Shown here: piece by piece, positions 61,575 through 64,000 of the stretch
How the letters are laid out: each line of letters starts with the position of its first letter
How positions within the stretch are numbered: the stretch's first letter is position 1
NCBI GenBank assembly: GCA_041613315.1
Contig: JBFJHJ010000008.1
Span: forward strand, 1-64,000
Direction of reading: 5' to 3'
Length of the DNA stretch: 64,000 bases
From: Gemmatimonadales bacterium
Lineage (GTDB): Bacteria; Gemmatimonadota; Gemmatimonadetes; Gemmatimonadales; GWC2-71-9
Program-made: the position numbers and the translations under genes
The notes under the pieces: generated by a model
What the model was told of the DNA's origin: nothing
What the model saw: only the letters and a program-made list of their open reading frames with translations
Databases searched by the model: none

Positions 61575-62686
61575 CGGCGCACCGCCTCTGGGCCATGGCC
61601 CGCAAGGAGGCGATCCAGCTCCGACGCGACCCCCGGAGCCTGGCGCTCGCGTTTCTGCTCCCGCTCGCGCTCGTGCTCTTCTTTGGATACGCCATCTCGT
61701 TCGACGTGCGCAACATCAAGCTCGCCGTGCTGGACGAGAGTCGGACACCGGAGAGCCGCCAGCTCGTGGACGCGTTCGAGCGATCCGGCTACTTCGTCGT
61801 GGCCGAACGCCTCGCGCGCCGGAGCGAGGTCGACGGAGCCCTGGGGGCGGGCCGCGTGCGGCTCGCCCTCGTGATCCCACCTTCCTTTCGCCGCGACCTC
61901 GCGGCCGGCCGGCCGGCGTCGGTCCAGCTGCTCCTCGACGGCGGGGACGCCAATACCGCCACCATCGCGCAGAACTATGCCGAGGCGATCGTCGCGGGCT
62001 ACGCCACCGATGTCGTACTCCAGGGCCGCCGCGTGCGGCTCCCCGTCGTCGGCGAGTCGCGCGTGTGGTACAACGAAACGCTTGAGAGCCGCAACATGAT
62101 CGTGCCGGGCCTCGTGGCCGTCATCATGTCCATCATCGCGGCGATGCTCACGGCCCTCACGATCGCGCGAGAATGGGAGCGGGGCACCATGGAGCAGCTC
62201 GCCGCCACGCCCGTCCGTCGCGTCGAGGTGGTCCTGGGAAAGCTCCTGCCGTATGTGGCGATCGGCCTGTTCGATGTGGCGGTGGCGGTGCTCGTCGGTG
62301 TGCTGGTGTTCCAAGTCCCCCTGCGCGGGAGCATCCTGCTGTTGGCCGGGCTCACCCTGCTGTTCCTGACCGGCGCCCTCGGTCTCGGGATGTTCATTTC
62401 GGCTGCCGTGAAATCCCAGGTCCTGGCGACGCAGTTCGCCATCATGACGACCTACCTCCCCGCCCTGCTCCTCTCGGGATTCATCTTCTCGATCGCCGCC
62501 ATGCCGCTCGCCCTGCGCGTCGTGACGTACGCGGTCCCGGCCCGTTACTACGTCACGGTCACCAAAGGGATCTTCCTCAAGGGCGTGGGGGCGGGTGTGC
62601 TCTGGGGTGACGCCCTCGCCATGGTGATCTTCGCGGCCACCGGCCTCGGCCTCGCCATGGCGGCGTTCCGCAAGGAGGTCGGGTGA
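61571..62686 (+). CDS. ABC-2 permease (YbhS-like)
   Basis: KE..QL.RD, and AREWERGTMEQL. Confidence 0.92.
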   Translation: MTAHRLWAMARKEAIQLRRDPRSLALAFLLPLALVLFFGYAISFDVRNIKLAVLDESRTPESRQLVDAFERSGYFVVAERLARRSEVDGALGAGRVRLALVIPPSFRRDLAAGRPASVQLLLDGGDANTATIAQNYAEAIVAGYATDVVLQGRRVRLPVVGESRVWYNETLESRNMIVPGLVAVIMSIIAAMLTALTIAREWERGTMEQLAATPVRRVEVVLGKLLPYVAIGLFDVAVAVLVGVLVFQVPLRGSILLLAGLTLLFLTGALGLGMFISAAVKSQVLATQFAIMTTYLPALLLSGFIFSIAAMPLALRVVTYAVPARYYVTVTKGIFLKGVGAGVLWGDALAMVIFAATGLGLAMAAFRKEVG

Positions 62687-63798
62687 CGGGCGGCGCGCTC
62701 CTGCGGATCCGTGAGATGGTGACCAAAGAGCTGCGCCAGCTCTTCCGGGATCCCCGCACCCGGGTCGTCATCTTCGTCGCCCCCATGATCCAACTGGTCA
62801 TGTTCGGCTACGCGGTGAACACCGACATCCGGCACACCGCGACGTGGGTCGTGGACTTGGACGCGACGCCCGAGTCGCGGCGGCTCGTCGACAGCTTCAG
62901 CGCCACCGGGTACTTCGAGATCACGGGACGGTCGACGCGTCCCCGCGACCTCGTCGAGGCGCTGGACAAGGGGGACGCCGTCGTGGGGATCGAGATCCCC
63001 GCCGGGTTCCGCCGGCGGCTCGCCAACGGCACGGCGACGGTGCAGATCCTGCTGGACGGCACCCACTCCAACACCGCGACCGTGGCGCAAGGGTACGCTC
63101 AGCGAATCGTGCAGCGCTTCGCCCTAGAGCGCGTATCGGGGCCTCCCCCCGGCGGCATCGACGTGCAGAGCCGCGCGTGGTACAACCCCAATCTGGAGAG
63201 TCGGGTCTACAACGTGCCGGGGGTGATCGGGGTGCTGATTCTCCTGATGAGCCTCCTCCTCACGGCGCTCGCCGTCGTCCGCGAGCGGGAGCTCGGCACC
63301 CTCGACCAGCTGATGGTGAGCCCGTTGCGACCCGAGGAGCTGATGCTCGGCAAGACGCTCCCGGTCGCCCTGATCGGCCTGGTGGACCTGGTCCTCATCA
63401 CGGGCATTGCCATCCTCTGGTTCGGCATCCCGATGCGCGGCTCGGCCCTGGCCCTGCTCGCCGCGGCCCTGCTGTTCATCTTGGCGGGTCTCTCGATCGG
63501 CCTCCTCATCTCGACGATCTCGCGGACGCAGCAGGAGGCCTTCATGTCCATGTTCCTGTTCCTGCTCCCGGCCATCATCCTCTCGGGGTTCTTCTATCCC
63601 ATCGAGAGCATGCCGCTGGGATTCCAGTGGCTCACGCTGCTGAACCCGGTCCGCCACTTCCTCGAGATCGTCCGGGCGATCTTCCTGAAGGGGGAGGGTC
63701 CGCTCGGCCTGTGGCCCCAGTACCTGGCCCTCGGCGTCACGGCCCTGTCGGTGCTCCGCCTCGCCGTCCTCCGGTTCCCCAAGACGATCGGCATGTAG
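62683..63798 (+). CDS. ABC-2 permease (YbhR-like)
   Basis: KELRQLFRD, WYNPNLES and RERELGTLDQL. Confidence 0.92.
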   Translation: MTGGALLRIREMVTKELRQLFRDPRTRVVIFVAPMIQLVMFGYAVNTDIRHTATWVVDLDATPESRRLVDSFSATGYFEITGRSTRPRDLVEALDKGDAVVGIEIPAGFRRRLANGTATVQILLDGTHSNTATVAQGYAQRIVQRFALERVSGPPPGGIDVQSRAWYNPNLESRVYNVPGVIGVLILLMSLLLTALAVVRERELGTLDQLMVSPLRPEELMLGKTLPVALIGLVDLVLITGIAILWFGIPMRGSALALLAAALLFILAGLSIGLLISTISRTQQEAFMSMFLFLLPAIILSGFFYPIESMPLGFQWLTLLNPVRHFLEIVRAIFLKGEGPLGLWPQYLALGVTALSVLRLAVLRFPKTIGM

Positions 63799-63842
63799 CG
63801 GCCCTCCTGCCCCTCCTCCCCGTTGTTGCTATCTTGCGATTC

Positions 63843-64000
63843 ATGCATCCTGACGCCGCTCCGCCGGAGGGCCCCCTCTACACCCTCCGCGACATCGCCC
63901 GCGAGCTCGGGCTGCCGGAGTCCACGGTGCGCTACTACCGCGACGCCTTCGCCGGCCACCTGCCGGCCGTCGGCAGCGGACGCCGCCGCCGCTACCCGCC
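63843..64000 (+). CDS. MerR-type HTH protein, 3'-truncated by the window
   Basis: MHPDAAPPEGPLYTLRDIARELGLPESTVRYYRDAF...GRRRRYP. It is absent from the ORF track. Confidence 0.8.
   Translation, partial: MHPDAAPPEGPLYTLRDIARELGLPESTVRYYRDAFAGHLPAVGSGRRRRYP

Overview
High-GC bacterial chromosome segment. Gene content and style suggest Gemmatimonadota, but that is an inference. The left ~26 kb is accessory: a PAS hybrid kinase, a TonB-dependent receptor, secreted lipoproteins, a PilZ protein, a NarL-type two-component pair, an orphan ParB-like protein, glpX, amidohydrolases, and a flavodoxin with a decayed partial copy. It ends at a stand-alone tRNA-Ile(GAT). From 26.3 to 54.4 kb are core genes: typA, a CDF transporter, a CorC/HlyC-family protein, pdxA, two parvulin PPIases, mfd, BatA/DUF58, lepA, sugar kinases, a HATPase/STAS-like pair, a Cys/Met lyase and ftsEX-envC. 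The right end holds nrfHA with a CXXCH-type first heme motif and a TetR/TolC/HlyD/ABC efflux operon. The strongest non-obvious signal is a c-di-GMP-centred locus at 1.3-13 kb: one canonical and two variant c-di-GMP-I (GEMM-I)-like RNAs, two of them heading convergent surface lipoprotein genes, next to a PilZ protein. Other signals are a recurrent 25-bp IHF-like motif paired with sigma-54 promoters and 7/8-mer repeat elements inserted in frame into housekeeping genes. All calls come from visual motif recognition; no searches were run.
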